In this document: one piece after another, positions 55,906-64,000 of the stretch
Position numbering within the stretch: position 1 is the first letter of the stretch
Layout: every line of letters begins with the position of its first letter
Assembly (NCBI GenBank): GCA_040755995.1
Contig: JBFMAF010000024.1
Location: forward strand, 224,001-288,000
DNA length: 64,000 nt
Direction: 5' to 3'
Source of the DNA: Acidobacteriota bacterium
GTDB lineage: Bacteria > Acidobacteriota > CAIWXX01
Position numbers and translations under genes: made by a program
The notes under the pieces: generated by a model
Seen by the model: only the letters and a program-made list of their open reading frames with translations
Told to the model about the DNA's origin: nothing
Database searches by the model: none

Positions 55906-55955
55906 GGCGCGGATGCTTCGCTGGCTGATGGGCTCGACTGGTCGGTAGCAGAGGT

Positions 55956-58295
55956 CTAGCGCATTGGAGTTGAGAGATCCTTTGCCGAAATGACCTCGAT
56001 CTCGGTGATGACCCATGGCACGGTGGGATCCTTGGCCAGCTGCTTCAGGCGGATTGACTGCACGAATTGCGGTGGGAGCACAATGGTCATGGGCATCTCT
56101 CGTGGGTTGCTCAATGCAGCTCGGAAGGCCAGCGGGGCGGCGGACCCCAACCACACACTCTTCCAAACTCGCCCGTCCACCGGTACCTCGACCCGCACCT
56201 TGCGTGGGAAGGCTGTCGCGTACCGACCGAGATACAACCTGATCCCCGTGACCTCCGTCAGCTGCGCCAACTGCACTGTCATCTGCTCCGAGCCGGTCTG
56301 AGAAGCCCCGATGAAGCAGGGGGAATGGACATCGCCATCGTGGATTGCGCGAAGCGAATCAGCGGTCGGCAGGACCTTGATTGAGGCGATCTCGGCAGGC
56401 GTGCCAAAGACGGGATGGTCGGTGGGTGGTCCGTGGCGCAGGAGATAGAGGCTGTCAGACTGACTGTTTGAAACATGGATGACATCAGGGCGGCCGGACG
56501 CGTACCGCAGGATCTCGCCCGCGGAATCCATCCCCCGGTGGATCAAGATATACACCGGTCCAATCGAGGCCAGCTCACTCAGCATATCCGGATCGCGTCT
56601 CTTCAAGCCGACCCTCAACGCGGCATAGTGCGGAGGGAAGTACCCGCCGTAGCCGTTCACCACGGGGTGGCCGTGCGACATCCCCCGGTACATCGCCGCA
56701 CAATCCGCCTCCACCGGGCCAATTGGCAGCTCCAGAACGGGCGTCTGCGGTGACGGGAGCCGATCGAGCAGCTCGCAGGCAACAGGAGTGGGGCTGAGCG
56801 GCAGTGCGCCGATCCAACCATCTGCCATCAACCCGACCCCACAGAGAAGGAACAGGAGCGTCGGTCGGACACGCAACCGCAACCGCAGATCCCGGAAGGC
56901 AATACCGGCTGATGCAGCGAGACACAGGACTACAACCATCCAGAACCTGGCGGGAACACGGACGGAGGAGAAGCCCGGCAGCAGCATGAGCTTGGCGTAT
57001 GGTGCGCCGTCCCAGATTGGCATCGAGCAAAATCGGGCTGTTGGCCCAAGCGACATCAAGAAGGCGAACGCTGCACTTGATAGGTAGAATCCTGCTACCG
57101 AGCGACGCCGGTAGGCAGCGGCAAAGGTGCCAGAGGTTACCGCGAGAGCGAGCAGTGCGAAGAAGGCGTGCCCCAGCTCCTTGTCAATGCGAGAGACGCT
57201 GATCCACACTCCCGCCACTCCGAGCCGCCACGGGCCCCAGATGGCAACCGACAGCGCCGTCAGTGAAAACAACAGGGATGTAGCCGCGAAGACTGTCCTG
57301 AGCACTCTCATGGGCGATTCCTGCCGAGCTCCGGCCCCGCGAGAAACAACCAGGATTCCCCATACGACCACTGCTCCGAGGACGGCGCCCGGGAAGAGGG
57401 CTGTCTCCAGATCGGTCGGCCGGAGTATCCTGCTCCAGATGGTCAAATCCGGTGAGACACCGAGCACCGAAACGATGTCTGCGCTGAACCGGCGGATCTC
57501 ACCAATCTCCCTTGTTAGACCCAGCGTCTGTTGCACGCGAAGGTATCCAAAGAGAACGGGCAGAAGTGGGACGGCCCCCATGGCCCACGCCGCACCAATC
57601 CGCACGAATGCCCGCGGATTCCTCACCGGGTCGGCAAACCACAGGATCCATAGAAGGACGAGAATGGAGAAGTAGAACAGGTAGTACCCGCAGGAAAGTG
57701 CTTGCATCAGCCATGCGAGGCCAAAGAGGAACAGCCAACGCGCCCGAGGCACTTGCATATAGCGATGCAAGCATGCCAGCGCGACCGGCGCCCAGTATGC
57801 GGACAACACCTGTATGTGTCCTATCTGGGCGGCTCTGTACGGGGCAAACCCGTAAGCCAAACCTGCAATGACGGATGCCACGTGATCTCTAGTCAAACAG
57901 AAGCAGAGCAGGTGGGCGGCGATGGCGGATAGGGCGAAGGAGATCAAGAAGGCGAGGTTGTACGCGAGTACCGGTGTTCCACCCAGCCACTGAACAGGAG
58001 TCGTGATCACAGATATCCCCAGCAAGTGCTCGGCGAGAGCCAGGCTGCCACGCAGGGGGAAGAACGACGGGGCATTCCACCAATCGGTGGTCAAGGGCAC
58101 TGTGCGAGAATTCCACCAGAGGATCCACGTATTCAAGCCGGGATCGATCGGGTCCGATGGCAGATGAGTGTGCAAGTGTAAGAGGAGGGGCGAAGTCCAG
58201 ACGATCGCCAAAGCCACGTAGATCAGTAATGCGAGCGTGACAGGCGCCGACACCCGCATCCGGTCCCGGGCCGTCTCAGCGCGGTGCAGCTCCAT
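55956..58295 (-). CDS. YfhO-like/GT-C membrane protein with C-terminal discoidin-like domain
   Basis: DPGLNTWILWWN, AYN, FAPYR, R.PARF, VNGYGGY.P, C-terminal beta-sandwich ending W.ITEIEV. Confidence 0.72.
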   Translation of the reverse strand: MELHRAETARDRMRVSAPVTLALLIYVALAIVWTSPLLLHLHTHLPSDPIDPGLNTWILWWNSRTVPLTTDWWNAPSFFPLRGSLALAEHLLGISVITTPVQWLGGTPVLAYNLAFLISFALSAIAAHLLCFCLTRDHVASVIAGLAYGFAPYRAAQIGHIQVLSAYWAPVALACLHRYMQVPRARWLFLFGLAWLMQALSCGYYLFYFSILVLLWILWFADPVRNPRAFVRIGAAWAMGAVPLLPVLFGYLRVQQTLGLTREIGEIRRFSADIVSVLGVSPDLTIWSRILRPTDLETALFPGAVLGAVVVWGILVVSRGAGARQESPMRVLRTVFAATSLLFSLTALSVAIWGPWRLGVAGVWISVSRIDKELGHAFFALLALAVTSGTFAAAYRRRSVAGFYLSSAAFAFLMSLGPTARFCSMPIWDGAPYAKLMLLPGFSSVRVPARFWMVVVLCLAASAGIAFRDLRLRLRVRPTLLFLLCGVGLMADGWIGALPLSPTPVACELLDRLPSPQTPVLELPIGPVEADCAAMYRGMSHGHPVVNGYGGYFPPHYAALRVGLKRRDPDMLSELASIGPVYILIHRGMDSAGEILRYASGRPDVIHVSNSQSDSLYLLRHGPPTDHPVFGTPAEIASIKVLPTADSLRAIHDGDVHSPCFIGASQTGSEQMTVQLAQLTEVTGIRLYLGRYATAFPRKVRVEVPVDGRVWKSVWLGSAAPLAFRAALSNPREMPMTIVLPPQFVQSIRLKQLAKDPTVPWVITEIEVISAKDLSTPMR

Positions 58296-58828
58296 GGCTC
58301 GTGGATTATACATAGGAGTGCCTTGGGAAGCACGGGGCGGTGGGCGACGTTGCCGCGAGGATCGGGCCATGCCTTGTGCGGTTGGCACCGGGCCGCGAGC
58401 CTATCGAACCGGACTCGCGAAGTGGCTGTAGCCTGTCTGTTCAGGGACCAGTGCGCGGCAGCCCTGCCGCTCCTGGCACAGGGCACCACAGCTCGCGGCG
58501 TAGCCAGGGATCTTGGGATTCCCGAACGGACGTGGCACCACTGCATCTCACGGTTCTGAAGCTCCATCGAGGCGTGAGCGCCAGGGCGGCGGGCTCGTAA
58601 TGGGTCAGCAGCGAGTGCCTGGTGCTGACAGTTCGGGAGAGTCTGCGGGAGTCGGTCCGAAGTCCGCGGTGACTGCGATCCTAATGTACTTCCTGGTCGC
58701 CATGTTCAGACCGCCGAACCGCGAGAGCACCGGTGTGCCAACCTGCGCGGGTTGGGCAACGTCGCGCGGGCGCGCCGAAAGCGATCTCGATGTCTCTCGA
58801 TGTCGCGAACGCGTGGAGACTCCCGACG

Positions 58829-59305
58829 CTAGAACCCGAATCGCTTCTTTATCGCGTCCAGCTGCTTCAGGTGGTTGGCGTCGTGCGCGGCAAGGCGCTC
58901 CGCGGCCACCTGGATCGTGTAGTTCTGCACCTCTGGGTGCCTGCCGGGCCGCAGCCACTCCTTCTCCTTCAGCTTCTTCAGCAGGTCCGTCGTCTTCTTG
59001 CGCGCCGTTATGAACTTCTGCAGATTCTCGTCGAAGTCCTCTTCGATGTGATCCGTCGCCGCCCACGCATCCGTATCATAGAGCTGGATCTGGGGGTTGT
59101 CGGTTGTGAGCATCGCCTTGATACGAGAGAGCGCGACGGGCTCGAAGGCGGCCAGATGAGCGACTATCTCCTTGATGCTCCACTTCTTCTCCTCCGGTCT
59201 CACCCGCAGCTGCGCCTCCGAAAGGCCGTCCGTCATGTTCCGCAGCTTCTCGATCGTGTGCACCAGGTCGCCGGTAGTCTTCTTCTGGTCCTGAGTCTTC
59301 GACAT
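58829..59305 (-). CDS. DinB family protein
   Basis: WSIKEIVAHL, HDANHLKQL; GGAGG RBS. Confidence 0.9.
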   Translation of the reverse strand: MSKTQDQKKTTGDLVHTIEKLRNMTDGLSEAQLRVRPEEKKWSIKEIVAHLAAFEPVALSRIKAMLTTDNPQIQLYDTDAWAATDHIEEDFDENLQKFITARKKTTDLLKKLKEKEWLRPGRHPEVQNYTIQVAAERLAAHDANHLKQLDAIKKRFGF

Positions 59306-59409
59306 GACCTACCTCCGTCGCATAGAGTATCACAAAACGGGCCCATGGCAGACAAGCCCGAGCGGCTGCGCCGCCCGCATCCTCGGGTGCAAGACATTCA
59401 CCCAGCACA

Positions 59410-60777
59410 TCAGGCCAGCAATTCCTTGAGCTTGATGGCGAGGCCTCCGAAGGCTCCGTTCGAGAGAATGACCACAGCATCGTTGGCACCCGCACTCGAC
59501 GCAATCGCCCGAGCGATCTCGTCGATGTCGGGGATGTAAGCAGCCTCGCGTCCGGTCTGTGCGATTGCGGAGGCGACGGCCGCCGGGTCGAGGGCTGCGG
59601 CGACGCGGCTCGACTGGAACACCGGCCCGATGATGACCCTGTCGGCGTCTTGAAACGCCTCCGGCATCTTCTCCTGAAACACCTTCATCCGCATCGACCA
59701 GCTCCGCGGCTCGAATACGGCCCATATCCGCCGCCCCGGCAGGCTCTCGCGCAACGCTCGCAGGGTTGCGGCGATGGCAGTGGGGTGATGAGCGAAATCG
59801 TCGTATACGAGCAGGCCGCCCGCGCACTTCACAAGCAGCTCCTGACGGCGATGCACCCCGGCAAACATCGGGAGCAGCTCGGCAAGTCGATCGAACGGCA
59901 CGCCGTACTCGTGCGCCGCCAGAATGCAGCCGGTGCTATTGACGATGTTGTGCATGCCGATCAGCCAGGTTCTGAAACGGCCCGGAACCCGAGAGATGGC
60001 GAAGGAACGCATTCCATTGGGTTCCACGCACACGTCGAGCGGGCTGTGGTCTCCGGCGCTCGTCCCGAAGCTGATCACCTCGCATCGTGCCTTGCTCCTG
60101 ATGCGGCCGACACCCGCGCCGTGTGCATACATGACGAGCCTTCCGTTAGCAGGGATCACGTTGACCAGGCGTTCGAATGCCAGCAGGTAGCTGTCAAGAT
60201 CCTTGTAGATGTCCGCATGGTCGTATTCCACGTCGTTGAGCAATACCAGCCAGGGCCTGTAGTGAAGGAACTTGGGGCCCTTGTCGAAAAACGCCGTGTC
60301 GTACTCGTCGCCCTCGACCACGAACGGCTCGCCATGGCCCACCTGCGCGCCGCAGCGGAAGTCCAGCGGGATGCCGCCGACCAGGAAGCCCGGATCGAGG
60401 TCCTGGAGGAGCCATGCGAGCAGAGCCGAGCACGTCGTCTTCCCGTGCGTTCCGGCGACCACAGCCGTGCGACGGTTCTCGAGGAACAGCTCCTTCAGCA
60501 CCTCCGCCTGGCTCCGGAACGGAATGCGACGCGCGAGTACCTCCTCCAGTTCCTCATTCCCGCGCGATATCGCGTTCCCTACTACTACCAGATCCGGACT
60601 CCCTAAGTTCACCGGGTCGTACACATCTGCGAACGGAATCCCCTCCTCTTCGAGCAGCTCTCTCATGGGTGAGTAGACGCCCTGGTCCGAGCCGGTGACG
60701 TCGTGGTCGATGTCGCGCAGCAACACCGCGAGGTGTGCCATGGCGGTGCCGCCGATGCCAAGCAGGTGGTATCGCAC
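59410..60777 (-). CDS. mpl: Murein peptide ligase Mpl
   Basis: GIGGTAM, GNAISRGN.E, GTHGKTT, EGDEYDTAFFDK, DDFAHHPTAI, EPRS, SNG.FGG. Confidence 0.93.
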   Translation of the reverse strand: MRYHLLGIGGTAMAHLAVLLRDIDHDVTGSDQGVYSPMRELLEEEGIPFADVYDPVNLGSPDLVVVGNAISRGNEELEEVLARRIPFRSQAEVLKELFLENRRTAVVAGTHGKTTCSALLAWLLQDLDPGFLVGGIPLDFRCGAQVGHGEPFVVEGDEYDTAFFDKGPKFLHYRPWLVLLNDVEYDHADIYKDLDSYLLAFERLVNVIPANGRLVMYAHGAGVGRIRSKARCEVISFGTSAGDHSPLDVCVEPNGMRSFAISRVPGRFRTWLIGMHNIVNSTGCILAAHEYGVPFDRLAELLPMFAGVHRRQELLVKCAGGLLVYDDFAHHPTAIAATLRALRESLPGRRIWAVFEPRSWSMRMKVFQEKMPEAFQDADRVIIGPVFQSSRVAAALDPAAVASAIAQTGREAAYIPDIDEIARAIASSAGANDAVVILSNGAFGGLAIKLKELLA

Positions 60778-60810
60778 GTCAAATGCCCGAGCCGCGCGGC
60801 GATCGCCGCA

Positions 60811-61038
60811 TCATCCGCCCGAGTATATCGGCGCGATGACCACGCGGTCTCCGTCGCCGATCATGTCTTGAAGCTTGATGCCGTGGCCGTTGCGGAGCAC
60901 GATCTTGGGCTGGTCCGCATTCAGATTCAGCCCCGCAACGAGCGTCTCGGCCGAGACAGGGGCATCGAAATCCATGTCCTTCTCGCTGAACCCTCCCTGG
61001 TAGATGTAGGGTCCTATCAGTTTTACGAATACTCTCAT
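60811..61038 (-). CDS. MoaD/ThiS family sulfur carrier
   Basis: 75 aa ubiquitin-like, C-terminal SGG; downstream of the AOR-family gene. Confidence 0.88.
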   Translation of the reverse strand: MRVFVKLIGPYIYQGGFSEKDMDFDAPVSAETLVAGLNLNADQPKIVLRNGHGIKLQDMIGDGDRVVIAPIYSGG

Positions 61039-61062
61039 GTGCCGCTGCAGCCTGCTCGCTCC

Positions 61063-62898
61063 TCACTCGATCCGCGTGAATTTCTCCAGCTCGGCCGCTT
61101 CCTTCTCGAGCCCCAGCTCGCGCATCGTCTTCTTCGTCGGTATGCCTCGGCTGTCATACCCCCGGATGTCGTAGTACTCGTCCAGGAGTTTCTCGTACTT
61201 TTCCATCTCGAGTATCTTCCCGGCGATCGGGCCGTCCGTGTCCGCGTTTGCCGGGTCGAACCAGATCTTGGGTGGATAGTCGGTCGACCGGTCCCAATCC
61301 GGGTATTCCCGCGCCCAGAACGCCTTCATCAGTGCGTAGATCCTGTCGCTCACTTTCCAGAAATCGTCCAGCGTCCAGTTCAGGCCCGTCGCCTTGTTGA
61401 AGTACACGGTGTAGTTGTTCAGATCCCAGCCGAGCTCGATCCACGGGAACCGGCACGACACGATGAACTCGAACAATCCGCCTCGGATGCGCTGCAGGTC
61501 GACTACCTTCTGGGCCTTCTCACGCCCATACGAGTCGCGTGGCGTCTGGTTGATCTCGTACGTGATGACCCAAGCCTCCTTGTGATGGGCCCCGATGGGG
61601 CTGGTGGCGAAAGCGAGCGCCATGCCTGGTATGAACTTGCAGTTGTATGCCGAGATCTCGAGCCCCTTGCATTGCATCGCATAGGCCTCGGAGCCCTTGC
61701 CGATCTTCTGGGCCATGATCCGCGTCCCGTCAGCCAGCAGATCGCCTACACCCTCGCGCAAGGCGGTCATCCGGAGCAGCTCCTTCGCGCGCTCGGCGTC
61801 GCCGAATTTGAAGTCGCCCGCGATCGCGCCATGATCGATCGCATCAGCGTAGAAGCCGAGTACTGCGCCGGCGGAAATCGTGTCCATGCCGTACTCGTCG
61901 CACATCCAGTTGAGCGATGCCATCTGAGCGAGCTCGAAGATCTCGAGGTTGCTGCCGAGCATGCCGACGTTCTCGTAATCGAGCTCCGACTCGTGCCCCT
62001 CCTTGTCGAGCACCGTGATCCCGCATCTCATGGTGCAGTTGGGGCATCCATATGTGGCGACCCGGGCCTCGTCGACCCGCTGGCCGTCGATGCGCCACGC
62101 TTCGGGATGGCGGGTCTTGCGCATGTTGCGAACGGGGAGCGCCGCGACTTCGTTGCACCAGGCCAGCACCCCGGTCGTGCTCTGTCGCGACCAGCCGGTC
62201 TTCTTGTCAAGCGCGCCGACCTTCTTGAGATCGGTCGCGCCGATTTTCTTGAACTCGTCCATCGCAGCCAGCGGGATGTCCTTGGTGCCTTTCACGACAA
62301 TGGCCTTCAGCTTCTTCGATCCCATGACGGCACCGATGCCCGGCCGCCCGCCGGCCCGGCCTTCCAGGCTGCGGATAATCGAGAAGAGGCACTTGTTCTC
62401 GCCCGCCTGACCTATGGTCAGGATGCCGACACCCTTTCCGTGCCTCTTGTAAAGCCATTCGAGGGTATCGTAGGTACCCTTGCCCCAGACCTCATCCGCC
62501 GGCAGGTACTGGACGCGGTCATTCTCGATATAGACGTAGCTCGGCCGGTCGCACGCGCCCTCGAATATCGCCACATCGTAGCCCGCCTTGCGAAGATGCG
62601 ACGTCACGTACGTGCCGAGATTGCCGTCTCCGTAACCGCCCGTGAGCGGAGACCGGGCGGCGACCACCGTCTTGCCCGTGTTCGGGGCGGCGACACCCGA
62701 AATCGGCCCCAGCGCCACGATGAGCTTGTTGTCGGGGCCCAACGGATCGGTTCCAGGCTTCAGCTCGTCCCACAGGATCTTCAGGGCGAAGCCACGCCCC
62801 CCGACCCATTGCGTCGCGAATCTCTCGTCAAAAGTCTCAATACGGTGGCTCTTAGAGGAGAGATCGATGCGAAGTATCTGTCCGATCCAGCCTTTCAT
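61063..62898 (-). CDS. Aldehyde:ferredoxin oxidoreductase family tungstoenzyme (FOR-like)
   Basis: GGRG, SPLTGGYGDGNLG, GAVMGSKKLKA, CxxCxxxC, GMDTIS, GAHHKEAW, RG.D.RGIP. Confidence 0.95.
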   Translation of the reverse strand: MKGWIGQILRIDLSSKSHRIETFDERFATQWVGGRGFALKILWDELKPGTDPLGPDNKLIVALGPISGVAAPNTGKTVVAARSPLTGGYGDGNLGTYVTSHLRKAGYDVAIFEGACDRPSYVYIENDRVQYLPADEVWGKGTYDTLEWLYKRHGKGVGILTIGQAGENKCLFSIIRSLEGRAGGRPGIGAVMGSKKLKAIVVKGTKDIPLAAMDEFKKIGATDLKKVGALDKKTGWSRQSTTGVLAWCNEVAALPVRNMRKTRHPEAWRIDGQRVDEARVATYGCPNCTMRCGITVLDKEGHESELDYENVGMLGSNLEIFELAQMASLNWMCDEYGMDTISAGAVLGFYADAIDHGAIAGDFKFGDAERAKELLRMTALREGVGDLLADGTRIMAQKIGKGSEAYAMQCKGLEISAYNCKFIPGMALAFATSPIGAHHKEAWVITYEINQTPRDSYGREKAQKVVDLQRIRGGLFEFIVSCRFPWIELGWDLNNYTVYFNKATGLNWTLDDFWKVSDRIYALMKAFWAREYPDWDRSTDYPPKIWFDPANADTDGPIAGKILEMEKYEKLLDEYYDIRGYDSRGIPTKKTMRELGLEKEAAELEKFTRIE

Positions 62899-63071
62899 GA
62901 AGCGGCCTCCCTGTGGATGAAGTAGTCATCGTGCATTCAGCCATTGGATACCATATCCAACTTTGGCCGGTCAAGCGCGCACGAAGTCGATTTCGCGAAT
63001 CCCCCGGCCGCGCGAGAGGAGAACGGGTGGTTTTGCCACCGTCGTCGACATTGAGGTATCATGCCGTTGCC

Positions 63072-63710
63072 ATGTCCGAGAACCTCGCTTTCGCAGTCGT
63101 ATGCTTCTCGGCCATCTTTTTCGTCGTGGACCCCATCGCCGCTGTTCCGTTGTTCCTCTCGATCACGACGCAGGATCCTCCGGAAAAGAAGAAGAAGATG
63201 GCGGCGCGGGCCGCGATAGCGGCGTTCCTGGCACTGTCGATCTTCGCCGTCGCGGGCGGGCTGATCTTCAAGGCCTTTGGCATCAGTCTGGCTGCGTTCA
63301 AGATTGCCGGGGGGCTGATGCTCTTCATCATGTCGATTGACATGATGAAGGCCCTGCCTTCGCGCACGCGGTCGTCGGTGGAGGAGCAGGAGGAGGGGAT
63401 AGCGAAAGAGGATGTATCGATCGTGCCGATGGCCATCCCGATGCTGGCCGGGCCGGGGGCCATAGCCACTATCATGGTCCTGATCAGCCGGGCGGCCTGG
63501 CACCCGCTGCGCACGCTATCGGTGTTCGCCGCTATTGCGGTCACCTGTCTGACGGCATGGATGCTGATGCGCTCGGCGGCGATGGCGCATCGGTTCCTGA
63601 GCAAGACCGCGATCCACGTGATCGAGCGCGTGATGGGGCTGCTGTTGTCGGCTGTAGCGGTGGAGTTCGTGATCGGAGGGGTGCGAGACATGCTGCCGAC
63701 GCTGAGATGA
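63072..63710 (+). CDS. marC: MarC family membrane protein
   Basis: VDP, FGIS..AFKIAGG, VPMAIPMLAGPGAI, RVMGLLL. Confidence 0.93.
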   Translation: MSENLAFAVVCFSAIFFVVDPIAAVPLFLSITTQDPPEKKKKMAARAAIAAFLALSIFAVAGGLIFKAFGISLAAFKIAGGLMLFIMSIDMMKALPSRTRSSVEEQEEGIAKEDVSIVPMAIPMLAGPGAIATIMVLISRAAWHPLRTLSVFAAIAVTCLTAWMLMRSAAMAHRFLSKTAIHVIERVMGLLLSAVAVEFVIGGVRDMLPTLR

Positions 63711-63713
63711 GTG

Positions 63714-64000
63714 TCAGCGCAGGCAATCGGCGTTGGAACGTGCCCACATAGTGAAAACGATCAGGTTGTAGAGCGCCTGCGAGTGATCCTGCCGGCCCCT
63801 GAGGTGCCTCTGCCAGAGCTGTCTCCAGGAATGCCGGTCGAACAGAGACTCCGGCGCCTCTTCTATCGCCTGCTCCGCGACGCTCCTCAGCGGTGACCGG
63901 AGCCACTCGGCCATCGGCGCGCCGAAACCGTGCTTCTTGCGATCGATGATGCGGCGCGGGAGGCGGGTCGCCGCCCAGCGTCGCAGGACGTGCTTGCCCC
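63714..64000 (-). CDS. asnB: Asparagine synthase (glutamine-hydrolysing) family, C-terminal part (truncated by window edge)
   Basis: GKHVLRR..LP..IIDRKKHGFGAPMAEWLR..H..G..DHS..LY. Confidence 0.85.
   Translation of the reverse strand, partial: GKHVLRRWAATRLPRRIIDRKKHGFGAPMAEWLRSPLRSVAEQAIEEAPESLFDRHSWRQLWQRHLRGRQDHSQALYNLIVFTMWARSNADCLR

Noticed and set aside
58430..58559. HTH-like fragment (TARGVARDLGIPERT) suggestive of an IS remnant
   Set aside because: Too short, with no catalytic domain or terminal repeats; cannot be supported as a mobile element

Overview
GC-rich bacterial chromosomal window from a diderm (LPS genes present); gene content suggests an Acidobacteriota-like lineage, which is inference only. 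The housekeeping backbone holds ompH-fabZ-lpxA-lpxI plus a GnnA-like oxidoreductase, aat, a DRG-type GTPase, ftsY-ribD-ribE-ribBA, ffh-rpsP-khpA-rimM-trmD-rplS-rnhB, an SgmX-like TPR protein, yvcK, comEC, bfr, rlmD, mpl, an AOR/FOR-family oxidoreductase with MoaD, marC and a partial asnB. An accessory block at about 9.1-22.3 kb is the most notable part. It encodes an ECF sigma factor, a zinc-finger/TM/TPR anti-sigma, a PPC-TPR-CHAT caspase-like protease with intact His/Cys dyad, a 62-aa secreted CC-x5-CC peptide, an orphan helical protein, a TPR-cohesin lipoprotein and an incomplete YD/RHS protein with seven Ig-like repeats. A 27-bp ECF-promoter-like motif (minus strand GCAAGAT-N9-TCGCCAAATC) occurs four times in this block: upstream of three of these genes and inside the sigma gene itself, pointing at the anti-sigma. 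This suggests a self-contained protease-linked ECF regulon with built-in negative feedback. Two intact type II TA modules and two PIN-toxin remnants are also present. I saw no CRISPR array, tRNA, rRNA or intact integrase/transposase. All family assignments are by eye from motifs; no searches were run.
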